DNA of 64,000 bases, taken from Acidobacteriota bacterium. GTDB taxonomy: Bacteria > Acidobacteriota > UBA890 > WLXD01. The translations under genes were made by a program, and so were the position numbers. The first letter of the stretch is position 1; each line of letters opens with the position of its first letter. Location of the stretch: assembly GCA_963666055.2 (NCBI GenBank), contig CAXWPH010000011.1:160001-224000 (forward strand). The letters run 5' to 3'. The notes under the pieces are model-generated. The model saw nothing but the letters and a program-made list of their open reading frames with translations. It searched no databases and had not been told where the DNA came from. Shown here piece by piece: positions 8,952 through 17,368 of the stretch.

Positions 8952-10877
8952 ATGGACTCCTGGGCCCCCGCCGCAGCTTCGGCGACGAGAAGTCGCCGCC
9001 TGCCCTTGCTGGCAACAGTCGTTCTCGGAGCACTCTTTCTGCTCCCGCTGACCGGACGATCCCACATCATCCGCGAGGAACCCTGGCACCCGGTACCAGC
9101 GGCGTATCTGCGCAGCATGTTCTACCTGAAGCTACAGCCGGTGAACTGGACGCTAGTCGCTGCGGAGTTCGAGGGCGTGCGTGAGAGCGGTTGGCAGCTC
9201 GACTCGGTCTACGACGGCATCGCGCTGGCCACAGAGCTCGAGGGCACCGACCACACGGCAACGATCCGCGCCGCCATCGCGGCCACCGATGCAGAGTCGT
9301 TTTCGGCTTCGGCCACGCGAGCGGTGTCGCAACTCGTGCGGTTACATCTGCGGCGCGCGCTGGCCAATCTCGACGCGCCAGGGGCAGCCCTCGAGGAGGT
9401 GCATCAGGCCAGCCGGATGTTCCGTGCATTCGACCGATTCGTGCGTGCCACCGACTCGCAGGGCGCTCGAGAACTGGGCCGTGCGTGGCTCGAGCTGACC
9501 ACGACGGTGGGCACAGCCGGAATCGGGAATCGCGGCGTGAAGCCGGTCGACAGGGAGCGTTTCGCCAGCGCCGCCGAGACCGTGGAGGCTTACCTCACCG
9601 CCAACTACGAGCGCGACGGCGGGCCGAGCATGACCCACTTCAACCCGGTTCCGGCGATCGGTCGCAACTCGACAGCCGGGGTGGCGCCCTGGTTGCCGCC
9701 GGCCACCGACCTCAACGACCAGGATCCTCTGCCCCGCCTGGTGCTGAACTTCGAGGAGCGCGGCGTCGACGAGAAAGATCTGTTCCTGGTGACCTACGGG
9801 GACATGCTCTTCGATTCGCCGCAGATCTTCGGCGAGCCGGCGCTCAGCCTCGGTCTCTCGTGCTCGCGTTGCCATAACCGTAGCGACATCAACCAACGGT
9901 TCTTCATCCCGGGAATCAGCACGCGTCCCGGCAACGTCGACGTCGACGGACACTACTTCAACCCGCGCTTCAACGATCGCCGCGCCGACGCGCTCGACAT
10001 CCCGAGCTTGCGCGGCCTCCGGTTCACGGCGCCCTATGGCCGCGACGGCCGTTTCGCAAGCCTGCGTAACTTCACCCGGAACGTCGTGGTCAACGAGTTC
10101 GCCGGCGAGGAGCCCTCGCCGTTGATGCTCGATGCTCTGGTCGCCTACATGTTCGAGTTCGATTGGCTGCCGGCGCCCTACCTGCAGCCTGACGGCCGGC
10201 TCAACGACGCCGCTTCCGACTCCGCCCGGCGCGGCGAGGTACTGTTCAATCGCCCGTTCGACGGCATGGGCGGACGCGCTTGCAGTACCTGTCATGTGCC
10301 GAGCAACAACTTCCTCGACGGCCAGCGACACGACATCGGTAGCGGCGAACGGTCGAGCCCGGGCGCTCGGGACACGTTCTTCGACACGCCGACGTTGATC
10401 GGCGTGTTGCACACTGCGCCGTACTTTCACGACGGGTCGGTGGTAACTCTCGCCGAAGTTGTCGATTGGCTCGATGATCAGTTCGACCTCGGCCTCGACG
10501 ACAACCAGCACTCCGACTTGACGATCTACCTCGAGACGGTGGGCGAAGGCACAGACCCGTACGAGGTGTTCGACGAGGACAACACGCTGTTCCAGCTGTT
10601 CTGGGGTGAGCTGTCGACGTTTGCCTCGACCCTGTCGACGCTCATTCCTGCGCGCGACGCCGAGCACGCCGACCTCATGCTGCGCACAGTCGCCGCCGAC
10701 TTGAGACTCGACGCCTCGGCGCTCGAGAATCTGGCACAGGCACCCAAGGTCTTCGAGCTCGCCGACCAGCTCGACGATATCCGTGCGTCAATCGACGCCG
10801 ACGATTGGCGCCGGGCGGCGCAGCTGTGGATCGAATACCAGGCGCTCGAAGCCGCTTACGGACCCGATTTCCGCTGA
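8952..10877 (+). CDS. Exported di-heme cytochrome c, bacterial CcP/MauG superfamily, with extra N- and C-terminal helical domains
   Basis: Signal peptide; CSRCH and CSTCH; IPSLRGLRFTAPYGRDG and TPTLIGVLHTAPYFHDG family motifs. Confidence 0.85.
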   Translation: MDSWAPAAASATRSRRLPLLATVVLGALFLLPLTGRSHIIREEPWHPVPAAYLRSMFYLKLQPVNWTLVAAEFEGVRESGWQLDSVYDGIALATELEGTDHTATIRAAIAATDAESFSASATRAVSQLVRLHLRRALANLDAPGAALEEVHQASRMFRAFDRFVRATDSQGARELGRAWLELTTTVGTAGIGNRGVKPVDRERFASAAETVEAYLTANYERDGGPSMTHFNPVPAIGRNSTAGVAPWLPPATDLNDQDPLPRLVLNFEERGVDEKDLFLVTYGDMLFDSPQIFGEPALSLGLSCSRCHNRSDINQRFFIPGISTRPGNVDVDGHYFNPRFNDRRADALDIPSLRGLRFTAPYGRDGRFASLRNFTRNVVVNEFAGEEPSPLMLDALVAYMFEFDWLPAPYLQPDGRLNDAASDSARRGEVLFNRPFDGMGGRACSTCHVPSNNFLDGQRHDIGSGERSSPGARDTFFDTPTLIGVLHTAPYFHDGSVVTLAEVVDWLDDQFDLGLDDNQHSDLTIYLETVGEGTDPYEVFDEDNTLFQLFWGELSTFASTLSTLIPARDAEHADLMLRTVAADLRLDASALENLAQAPKVFELADQLDDIRASIDADDWRRAAQLWIEYQALEAAYGPDFR

Positions 10878-10905
10878 CCTCGGCCGACACGGCGAGGAGG
10901 ACGAT

Positions 10906-11793
10906 ATGAACCGACGATTCCGGAAAGCCACGGCGATCCTAGCGACCTCACTGGCGTTGTGCGCGGTGCAACCGGCCGGCCAGGCCGCGGCGATACCTCA
11001 GGACAAGCTGACGTTGGCGTTCATTCCACAGGAAAACCCCGAGAAGCTGCTCGACGATATCTCGGTCATTCGCGACTATCTGTCCGAGGAAATGGGAATG
11101 GCGGTCGACGGTTTTGTAACGCTCGACCACGCTGCCGCGGTCGAGGCGCTGCGCAACGGTACCGCCGATATCTCGTTCATGGGTGCCTTGCCCTACGTCC
11201 TGGCGCACCACCACGTCGACGCTCAAGTAGTGCTCGCCGAAATCTATCGCGGCAGCCCGATGTATCGGGCGCGCCTGTTCGTGCGGCGCGACAGCGGCAT
11301 CACTAAACTCGCCGACCTGCGTGGCAAGAGCATTGCCTTCGCCGATCCGATCTCGGAGTCCGGCTATCTGTACCCGCTCGATCTGTTTGCAGACGCTGGC
11401 TTCTTGACGCCTGGCGATGACCCGCAAACATTCTTCAGCTCGGTCTACTTCGCGGGCGGCTACCAGCAGGCCATCCAGGCAGTAGCGAACGGTTACGTAG
11501 ACGCTGCCGGCGCCAGCCAATACGCCGAGCTGCTGCTGACGCCCAAGCAGTTGCTGGAGGTAACTTCGATCGCCGAATCGGATCTGATCCCCTCGCACGC
11601 CGTGATCGCGCGGGGCGATCTCGACCCGATCGTCGTAGCGGCGTTCAAGCGAGCCATGCTGAAGCTCAACGACGACGATTACCGGCACCTGCTGCAGTAC
11701 GTGTACGGCCCCGACGGCTACGTTGAGGTCGACCATGCCGCCTTCGCGGGCGTGGAGGCCCTGGCGCGAGAGTATGGCTATCTGCAGAACTAG
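10906..11793 (+). CDS. PhnD/PtxB-fold ABC substrate-binding protein with atypical binding residues
   Basis: GAGGAGG RBS; signal peptide; LAFIPQE, DLRGKSIAFADPISESGYLYP and FAGGY. Confidence 0.85.
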   Translation: MNRRFRKATAILATSLALCAVQPAGQAAAIPQDKLTLAFIPQENPEKLLDDISVIRDYLSEEMGMAVDGFVTLDHAAAVEALRNGTADISFMGALPYVLAHHHVDAQVVLAEIYRGSPMYRARLFVRRDSGITKLADLRGKSIAFADPISESGYLYPLDLFADAGFLTPGDDPQTFFSSVYFAGGYQQAIQAVANGYVDAAGASQYAELLLTPKQLLEVTSIAESDLIPSHAVIARGDLDPIVVAAFKRAMLKLNDDDYRHLLQYVYGPDGYVEVDHAAFAGVEALAREYGYLQN

Positions 11794-11872
11794 CGTCCTG
11801 TGGTGGCAATCTCGGTGTTGCGATTCGTCGACGATGGGCGAGGCATCGAGCCGTTCCTGAAGGGAGCAATCC

Positions 11873-12664
11873 GTGTCTGAGCCGGTACTCCGCCTGCGCG
11901 ACCTACGCGTTCGCTACGGCTCCAGGCCGCCGGTCCTCGACGTCGGCGCGCTGGAGGTCGCCGCCGGGGAGATCGTTTGTGTCATCGGGTCCAGCGGCGC
12001 CGGCAAGACGACGCTTCTGCGACTGGCCAACGGCTACGTGCGCGCCGAGAGCGGTGAACTCGAGGTCCTCGGTACACCGACTCGCTTCGGGCCCGACAGC
12101 GGCACCGATCGGCGCGACCGGATGCTGCGGCAGCGCGTAGGCTTCGTATTCCAGAGTTTCAACGTTATCGAACGCGCCAGCGTGTTCGACAACGTCCTCT
12201 GGGGTTCGCTCGGCCGCCAACATGGCCTCGGCGCGCTGCTCGGCCGCTTTCCCGAAAGCGACCGACGCCTGGCCATGGAGGCGATTGCCGAGGTCGATCT
12301 GTTGGCGCAGACCACACAGCGTGTGGATACCTTGAGCGGCGGCCAGCAGCAGCGGGTCGGTGTGGCGCGCGTCATCATGCAGCAGCCGGAACTGGTGCTC
12401 GCCGACGAGCCGGTGTCGAGCCTCGATCCGGTGCTCGCCGAGGAGATCGTCGAGTTGCTCGTCGGGGTCGCCCGGCGACACGGCAAGACGTTGATCATGA
12501 GCCTGCACCTGCCAGCGCTGGCGCAGCGTTTCGCCGATCGCGTGGTCGGGCTGCGAGCCGGCGGGGTGGTCTGGGACGGTGCCGCGGTGGCTCTGGACGA
12601 CACCGCCATCGCCTCGATCTACGGATCTGAATCGCCACCGCCGGCGCCGGAGGTCGGACAATGA
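11873..12664 (+). CDS. ABC ATPase, PhnC-like
   Basis: GSSGAGKTT, LSGGQQQRV, LADEPVSSLDP and SLH. Confidence 0.92.
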   Translation: MSEPVLRLRDLRVRYGSRPPVLDVGALEVAAGEIVCVIGSSGAGKTTLLRLANGYVRAESGELEVLGTPTRFGPDSGTDRRDRMLRQRVGFVFQSFNVIERASVFDNVLWGSLGRQHGLGALLGRFPESDRRLAMEAIAEVDLLAQTTQRVDTLSGGQQQRVGVARVIMQQPELVLADEPVSSLDPVLAEEIVELLVGVARRHGKTLIMSLHLPALAQRFADRVVGLRAGGVVWDGAAVALDDTAIASIYGSESPPPAPEVGQ

Positions 12665-13473
12665 GGTCTGATGCCCACACGGCCAGCCCCGCTGCCCCTG
12701 CGCCACCCGAACAGAGTCTGGGCACGACGCTGCGTCGCTCCACCGGGATGATTGCTCTGGCTGTGGTGGTCGCTTGGGCGTGGCACGGTACCGGCTTCGA
12801 GCTCAGCCGCCTGGGCGGCAGCCTCGCGCCACTGATCGAGTTCTTAGACCGCATGACCCCACCGGATCTGTCGGCACTCGAAGTGGCGATGAGATCGACG
12901 GCCGAGACGCTCCAGATCGCCGTGCTCGGGACGTTCTTGGCCGTCGTCCTGTCGATACCGCCGGCGTTGTTGGCGGCGGCGAACCTAACGGCGGCGTGGA
13001 TCCACCAGCCGGTGCGCTGGCTTCTGGCGCTGCTGCGCGGTATTCCACTGCTGTTGCTGGCACTGATGTTCGTTGCTGCGCTTGGCTTGGGACCCGTACC
13101 CGGCGTGCTCGCCGTGGCCGTGCATTCGGTCGGCATGCTGGCCAAGTTCTACGCCGACGCCTTCGAGAGCGCCCGGCCGGGCCCCATCGAAGCGCTCGAC
13201 TCCGCCGGCGCCAACTGGCTCCAGCGCGTACGCTACGGTGTGCTGACGCAGGTAGCGCCCGATCTGGCTCGCGACACGCTGTTCCGCTTCGAGCTGAACC
13301 TACGCGAGTCGCTGGTCTTAGGCCTCGTCGGTGCGGGCGGTATCGGCTTCTACATTCAGCTCTACATCCGTTCCTTCCGCTACACGAGGGTGGCCACCCT
13401 GACGCTGGTGATCCTGGTGATCGTCGTGCTGGTAGAACAGGGCAGCGTCGCGATTCGTCGCCGGCTCAGCTGA
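12661..13473 (+). CDS. ABC permease, PhnE/PtxC-like
   Basis: ETLQIAVLGT, LAKFYADAFE..GPIEAL and RFELNLRES.LGLVGAGGIG; ATGA overlap with the ATPase. Confidence 0.9.
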   Translation: MRSDAHTASPAAPAPPEQSLGTTLRRSTGMIALAVVVAWAWHGTGFELSRLGGSLAPLIEFLDRMTPPDLSALEVAMRSTAETLQIAVLGTFLAVVLSIPPALLAAANLTAAWIHQPVRWLLALLRGIPLLLLALMFVAALGLGPVPGVLAVAVHSVGMLAKFYADAFESARPGPIEALDSAGANWLQRVRYGVLTQVAPDLARDTLFRFELNLRESLVLGLVGAGGIGFYIQLYIRSFRYTRVATLTLVILVIVVLVEQGSVAIRRRLS

Positions 13474-13489
13474 GACGCGGTTGTCTCCC

Positions 13490-13801
13490 CTACCCCGCCC
13501 GGCGCTCGGCGATCAGGCTGGCGGCGAAGCCGTCGTAGTCGGCAGCGCGACGCTGCAGCATGTCGCGCAGATGCTCCAACGCCTTCTCCTTGCTCGATAG
13601 CCCGTACATGTAGATCTTGAGCGGGCCGATCAAGCCGAGGTAGTAGTGGTTGGTGGCGTCGTACTCGGCGGCGCAGGCGCTCGGATCGATGGCGACTGCG
13701 AGCAGATCGTCGAAGGTGTCGGCGAACTGCGCCAGCAGCGGTTCCCGATGTAGGTCTGTCGGAATCTCAGGGAAGCGAGTGACGAGGTCTTGGACGGTCA
13801 T
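13490..13801 (-). CDS. Hypothetical protein (~103 aa; start may be 13879)
   Basis: MTVQDLVTRFPEIP...PSACAAEYDATNHYY; typical codon usage. Confidence 0.6.
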   Translation of the reverse strand: MTVQDLVTRFPEIPTDLHREPLLAQFADTFDDLLAVAIDPSACAAEYDATNHYYLGLIGPLKIYMYGLSSKEKALEHLRDMLQRRAADYDGFAASLIAERRAG

Positions 13802-13915
13802 CGGGCTTGGGTCCGGGAGTTGATCTGCGGCGGCGATCGACAACGCAGTAGTCCAACACTCTATACGCTGCGCCGCCATCAGCCCTCCCGTCGCTGCGAA
13901 GAATCACCAGTGCGG

Positions 13916-14265
13916 CTACGGCTTTTTCTCCAGAACCCGGAGAGTATAGGGTGAGGATTGCCGCGCCGGACGATCCTCGATCCAGTCGAGCACTTCGGCG
14001 CGAAAGCGCACCGGTTCGTCGACGGAATCGAACCGGTCGATATCCTTCACCTGCGAAGACCTGGTTAGAGCCGACCCAACGGATCCGATCCGAGGACCTC
14101 CTCGACGCCAGCGACATCTCCCAGCGCGGAAATCGCCTGCTGTGTCGTCTGCCGGTTGCAGGGCAGGAACAGCATCACTTCAACCGCATGAACTTCGGCG
14201 GCCGCCGCACGGGCGACGCCCAGCGCCACGAAAGCCATTAGCACGACCTTCGTCCAGGGTTTCAT
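13916..14265 (-). pseudogene. Second exported HMA-like protein, frameshifted or internally deleted
   Basis: AAGGAGG RBS and ATG 14265; signal peptide, then AEVHAVEVMLFLPC...ALGDVAGVEEV; TAA at 14065. Another frame continues QVKDIDRFDSVDEPVRFRAEV...YTLRVLEKKP* to 13916. Confidence 0.5.
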
Positions 14266-14420
14266 GATGGCCTCCTTGTCGCTGCAGGTTGGATGTCTGA
14301 GAGCCTCGCTTTCTTCGCCGGGCGCGGAGGAATCCGTCACCGACGCCACAGCCCGATGAAACGAGCCTGGCGTGCTGAGCGGCTGAGCAAGTCGAAACGC
14401 CCGAGCGGCGACGACTTGCG

Positions 14421-15434
14421 TCAGGAACCTCTGGCGAAACGCTGCACCCGCGAGGCGGCGAAATCGGCCACGTAGAGGCGGCCTTCGGAATCGACGTCGA
14501 TGTCGGCGGGCGAGTAGATGCGCCGCGTGCTCCGGTACCAACGCTCGGCGGCACGGGACACGAGAAAGACCTGTCCGGACGGGTCTAGGCCCTGGACTCG
14601 AAAGTTGGCGCTATCGGCGACGAACAGATTGCCCTCCGCGTCGGTGGCGAGGCCTACGGGGACTTCCCACTCGCCGGCCTCCGCGCCCTTGCGTCCCCAA
14701 CCCTCGCGGAGGGTGCGGTCGGACTCGAACACGAGGATCTCGTAGGCGTGGGTATTACTGACATAGAGCGTGTCGTCCGGCCCGACGGCAGCGTCGCTGG
14801 GGAAGACGAACAGGTCGTGGGGATCGCCCGGTGTGGCCATCATCGACATCTTCGTCTCCTCCATCCCGCGGACCGGCGGGCGGTTCTGAGCGTAGCGGCG
14901 CGCGGAGTCACCGCCGTCGATAAAGCGTATGAAGTTGCCTTCGGAGTCGAGCTCCTGGACACGCTGGCCCATGAACTCCACGACGATGACATTGCCCGTC
15001 GGCGTGACCGCCACGCCGCTGGGAGCCTGGAACTGACCGGCACCCGTTCCGCGCCCTCCCCATACCTCGAGCAGCTTGCCATCGCGGTCGAGCAGCAGCA
15101 GCCGATCGCCGGTGTAGTCGGTCACCAAGATCGTCCCGTCGAGCCGTTCCGCCAAGCCGACCGGCCGCGTTCCCTCGGGCAACGCCCATTGGTCGATCGG
15201 CGTGCCGTCGGCGTCGTAAACGACGATCCGCGAGGCACCGTCGGCGACCATTACCCGCCCAGACATGCTGACAGCAATGCCCATGGGATGATCGAGGGAG
15301 CTGCCCTCGGGGCCAGCTTCTGTCCACTCGGCCTCGAGCTCGAGCGTGCCGACGAGCACCTGACCGAGCGTGCCGACCGCGCCGGTCAGAACCCCGGCGA
15401 CGATCACCAAGCGCACCCAGCGCCAGCGCCTCAT
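14421..15434 (-). CDS. Exported NHL-repeat (beta-propeller) protein with a Met-rich insertion
   Basis: Repeats HPMGIAV, RPVGLAE, GQFQAPSGVAV, FPSDAAV, VPVGLAT and SPADIDV; insert GMEETKMSMMATPGDPHD; ATGA overlap with the upstream gene. Confidence 0.85.
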   Translation of the reverse strand: MRRWRWVRLVIVAGVLTGAVGTLGQVLVGTLELEAEWTEAGPEGSSLDHPMGIAVSMSGRVMVADGASRIVVYDADGTPIDQWALPEGTRPVGLAERLDGTILVTDYTGDRLLLLDRDGKLLEVWGGRGTGAGQFQAPSGVAVTPTGNVIVVEFMGQRVQELDSEGNFIRFIDGGDSARRYAQNRPPVRGMEETKMSMMATPGDPHDLFVFPSDAAVGPDDTLYVSNTHAYEILVFESDRTLREGWGRKGAEAGEWEVPVGLATDAEGNLFVADSANFRVQGLDPSGQVFLVSRAAERWYRSTRRIYSPADIDVDSEGRLYVADFAASRVQRFARGS

Positions 15435-15988
15435 TCGTCGCTGACGCTCCCTTGTACCTGCACGGTGACAGGGGCCTTATCATCGGCTCGAGTGGCTCGA
15501 CCGTAGAGCGTCATCGACCCGGGCGGTGCAACCCTGAACGCGGCGAGAGCCTCCCTGCCTCGCTCGTCGCCGGCGACGAGCAGAAACCGCTGCCCACTGC
15601 TCTCGCTCACTAACCAGGCTGCCGTCTCGTTCGTGGCAATCGCCGGCAGGTCATTGGTGTCGGCGATTCCCCGCAGCCAAACCGTCACCCCAGTCGGCGT
15701 GAAATCGACCTTGGACACACCCGCTTCGAGCGCGGCGGGATCGAACATCGCGTCGGGCGTGAACGTCACGGTGATCAACCCTCGCTCCAGATCTTCCTTC
15801 GTGTCGGCAACGCCTTCCAGGCGTTGTAGGGATCGATTGATCCCGTAGGCTCAGAGCCCTCACGTCATCCCGTCGACACCGACCTCCGCCTTGATGACCT
15901 GGGCGGTAACGGGCGCGGCGACGAGCATCGCGAAGAACAGCCCGACGCCGACGGTGATCAAACGCCGACTTTCGGTTTGGTGGCTCAT
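15431..15988 (-). CDS. Exported HMA-domain selenoprotein with UxxU motif (GMT-U43-GL-U46), 185 aa
   Basis: AGGAGG RBS, ATG 15988 and signal peptide. VGVDGMT-TGA(15862-15860)-GGG-CTC-TGA(15853-15851)-AYGINRSLQRLEGVADTKEDLERGLITVTF continues in frame into ORF 15431..15778. Confidence 0.85.
15808..15844 (-). promoter_or_regulatory. Two tandem SECIS-like hairpins
   Basis: GGGATC-AATC-GATCCC (15844-15829) and CAACGCCT-GGA-AGGCGTTG (15826-15808), directly 3' of the two UGA codons. Confidence 0.6.
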
Positions 15989-16020
15989 GTCGACCCTCCT
16001 CGAGTCGAGGCGTCCATCTT

Positions 16021-16962
16021 TCACGGGACGATGATGTAGCGTAGGCCGAATAGCACGTTGATACTCGGCGCCAGCTGCGTGCCGTTGAGGTAACGAACCG
16101 CGGGGAGCTGCACACCGGCCTCGACGACGAAGTTGGGCCGCAGCAGGTACTGGATTCCGGGGGAAAGATACAGGAGGTTTCCGCCTGAACTGTCGACTTC
16201 CTGGTCGCCGGCGCGCGAGTGTCCCTGCCAACGGCCGTTGAGCTCCAGTAGCAAGAAGACGTCGCGGGAGCGCAATGACGAGATCCGTGTCTTGACCATA
16301 GCATCGTAGCGGAACCGGTCGCCAAGCTCGAAATCGTTGGCCTCCGTGCTTCGCGAGACGCCGACACTGGCAGTGAAGAACCAGCGGGCGGAAGGGGTCA
16401 CATAGCTTGCGATGAAGTCGGCGGTCGGGTCCCAGGATCCAGTCCCACGTTGGAGCGGCGGCGACAACAACTGCCCGTTCGATGAGTCGCGCGCGTCGCC
16501 GCGACCGGTCGGGGTCTTGACACCGCCCTGAAACGACAGCTGGACTCCTCCTCTGCCGCGATCCCGCTTCAGGAAGCGCCACTTGACCAGCAGGGTCGCA
16601 TCGCCGAAGCCCAGGCCGGCTCCAAGACGCTCTGTGCCCGCCGGGCCGTCGATTCGCATCTCCTTGTCGAGTACCGGGAATACGCCGATCAAGCTGACCT
16701 TGCGGTGCAACCCGTACACCACGGCCATCGATACCACGCTTGCTTTGAACCTACGCCCCAGAGGGTTGGGGACCTGCGCGCTGCCGCTCAGCGTGTCGTT
16801 GGCCTGCAGGAAGCTCGCCACGGTGCGGATGCCGAATCCGGAGATGAACTCCGCTCGCGCCCCCGGCGCGAAGATCTGGGCGCTCGACTCCCCGGGCCAA
16901 CCAAGAGTCAACGCCAGCACCGCGTACAGTGCCGGTCGCGATATGGTCGCTTTGCTGTTCAT
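16021..16962 (-). CDS. Outer-membrane beta-barrel 'transporter' family protein
   Basis: Signal peptide ending SSA-Q; GFGDATLLVKWRF, GVKTPTG, LQRGTGSWD and LYLSPGIQY. Confidence 0.8.
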   Translation of the reverse strand: MNSKATISRPALYAVLALTLGWPGESSAQIFAPGARAEFISGFGIRTVASFLQANDTLSGSAQVPNPLGRRFKASVVSMAVVYGLHRKVSLIGVFPVLDKEMRIDGPAGTERLGAGLGFGDATLLVKWRFLKRDRGRGGVQLSFQGGVKTPTGRGDARDSSNGQLLSPPLQRGTGSWDPTADFIASYVTPSARWFFTASVGVSRSTEANDFELGDRFRYDAMVKTRISSLRSRDVFLLLELNGRWQGHSRAGDQEVDSSGGNLLYLSPGIQYLLRPNFVVEAGVQLPAVRYLNGTQLAPSINVLFGLRYIIVP

Positions 16963-17100
16963 GCTGCTTCGTCGCTTTCCGCCGCGGCGCGGTCGCCGAA
17001 CGGCCCCTCTCGTCCGATCGCATCCAGAATCGGGCACTCGCCCACGGGCCCCTCTCCCTCGCACTGTCGCGCAATCGCATCAGCGCACACCGCATTTGAC
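16959..17100 (-). pseudogene. C-terminal remnant of a metal-sensing MerR-family regulator (CueR/ZntR/MerR type)
   Basis: QMRCALMRLRDS [1-nt shift] CEGEGPVGECPILDAIG...EAA*; its TGA overlaps the ATG of the barrel gene; no intact HTH seen upstream. Confidence 0.7.
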
Positions 17101-17368
17101 TCGAGCACCCAGATCGCCGGCTAGCTCGACAGTACCGTATTGGCAGATACGTCATGCGGACCGCGAAATTGACGCCGTAGACAAGCCGCGTCCAGGGTCG
17201 CCCGGCTACAGTTGGGCTCGACGAGTTCCACCGCGCCGGAAAACTGCTGCGGACCGTAGACGTATTGCATCATTAGATCATTAACGTAGCCACCGCTGCT
17301 CCGGGGTTGGGCAAGCGTCTCGTCGGTCCAGATCCTTACCCCGGCGGAACCGCGCAGCGGGCGCCTGG

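Noticed and set aside
9342-10667. Long antisense ORFs (this one, 1681-2643, 36925-38205, 39883-40935 and similar)
   Set aside because: They lie opposite well-supported genes and are expected from codon bias in high-GC DNA; no motifs.
10906-13473. Phosphonate/phosphite utilisation locus (phnCDE/ptxABC gene symbols)
   Set aside because: No C-P lyase or ptxD genes nearby and the STSG anion-binding motif is altered. A selenium-oxyanion importer was also considered because of the adjacent selenoprotein, but the Glu substitution argues against an anion.
15851-15862. Nonsense pseudogene or genome-wide UGA reassignment as the explanation for the two TGA codons
   Set aside because: Both TGAs hit exactly the CxxC positions with an otherwise intact frame, and many ordinary genes here (argR, argG, guaB, comEC) end in TGA, so the code is standard.
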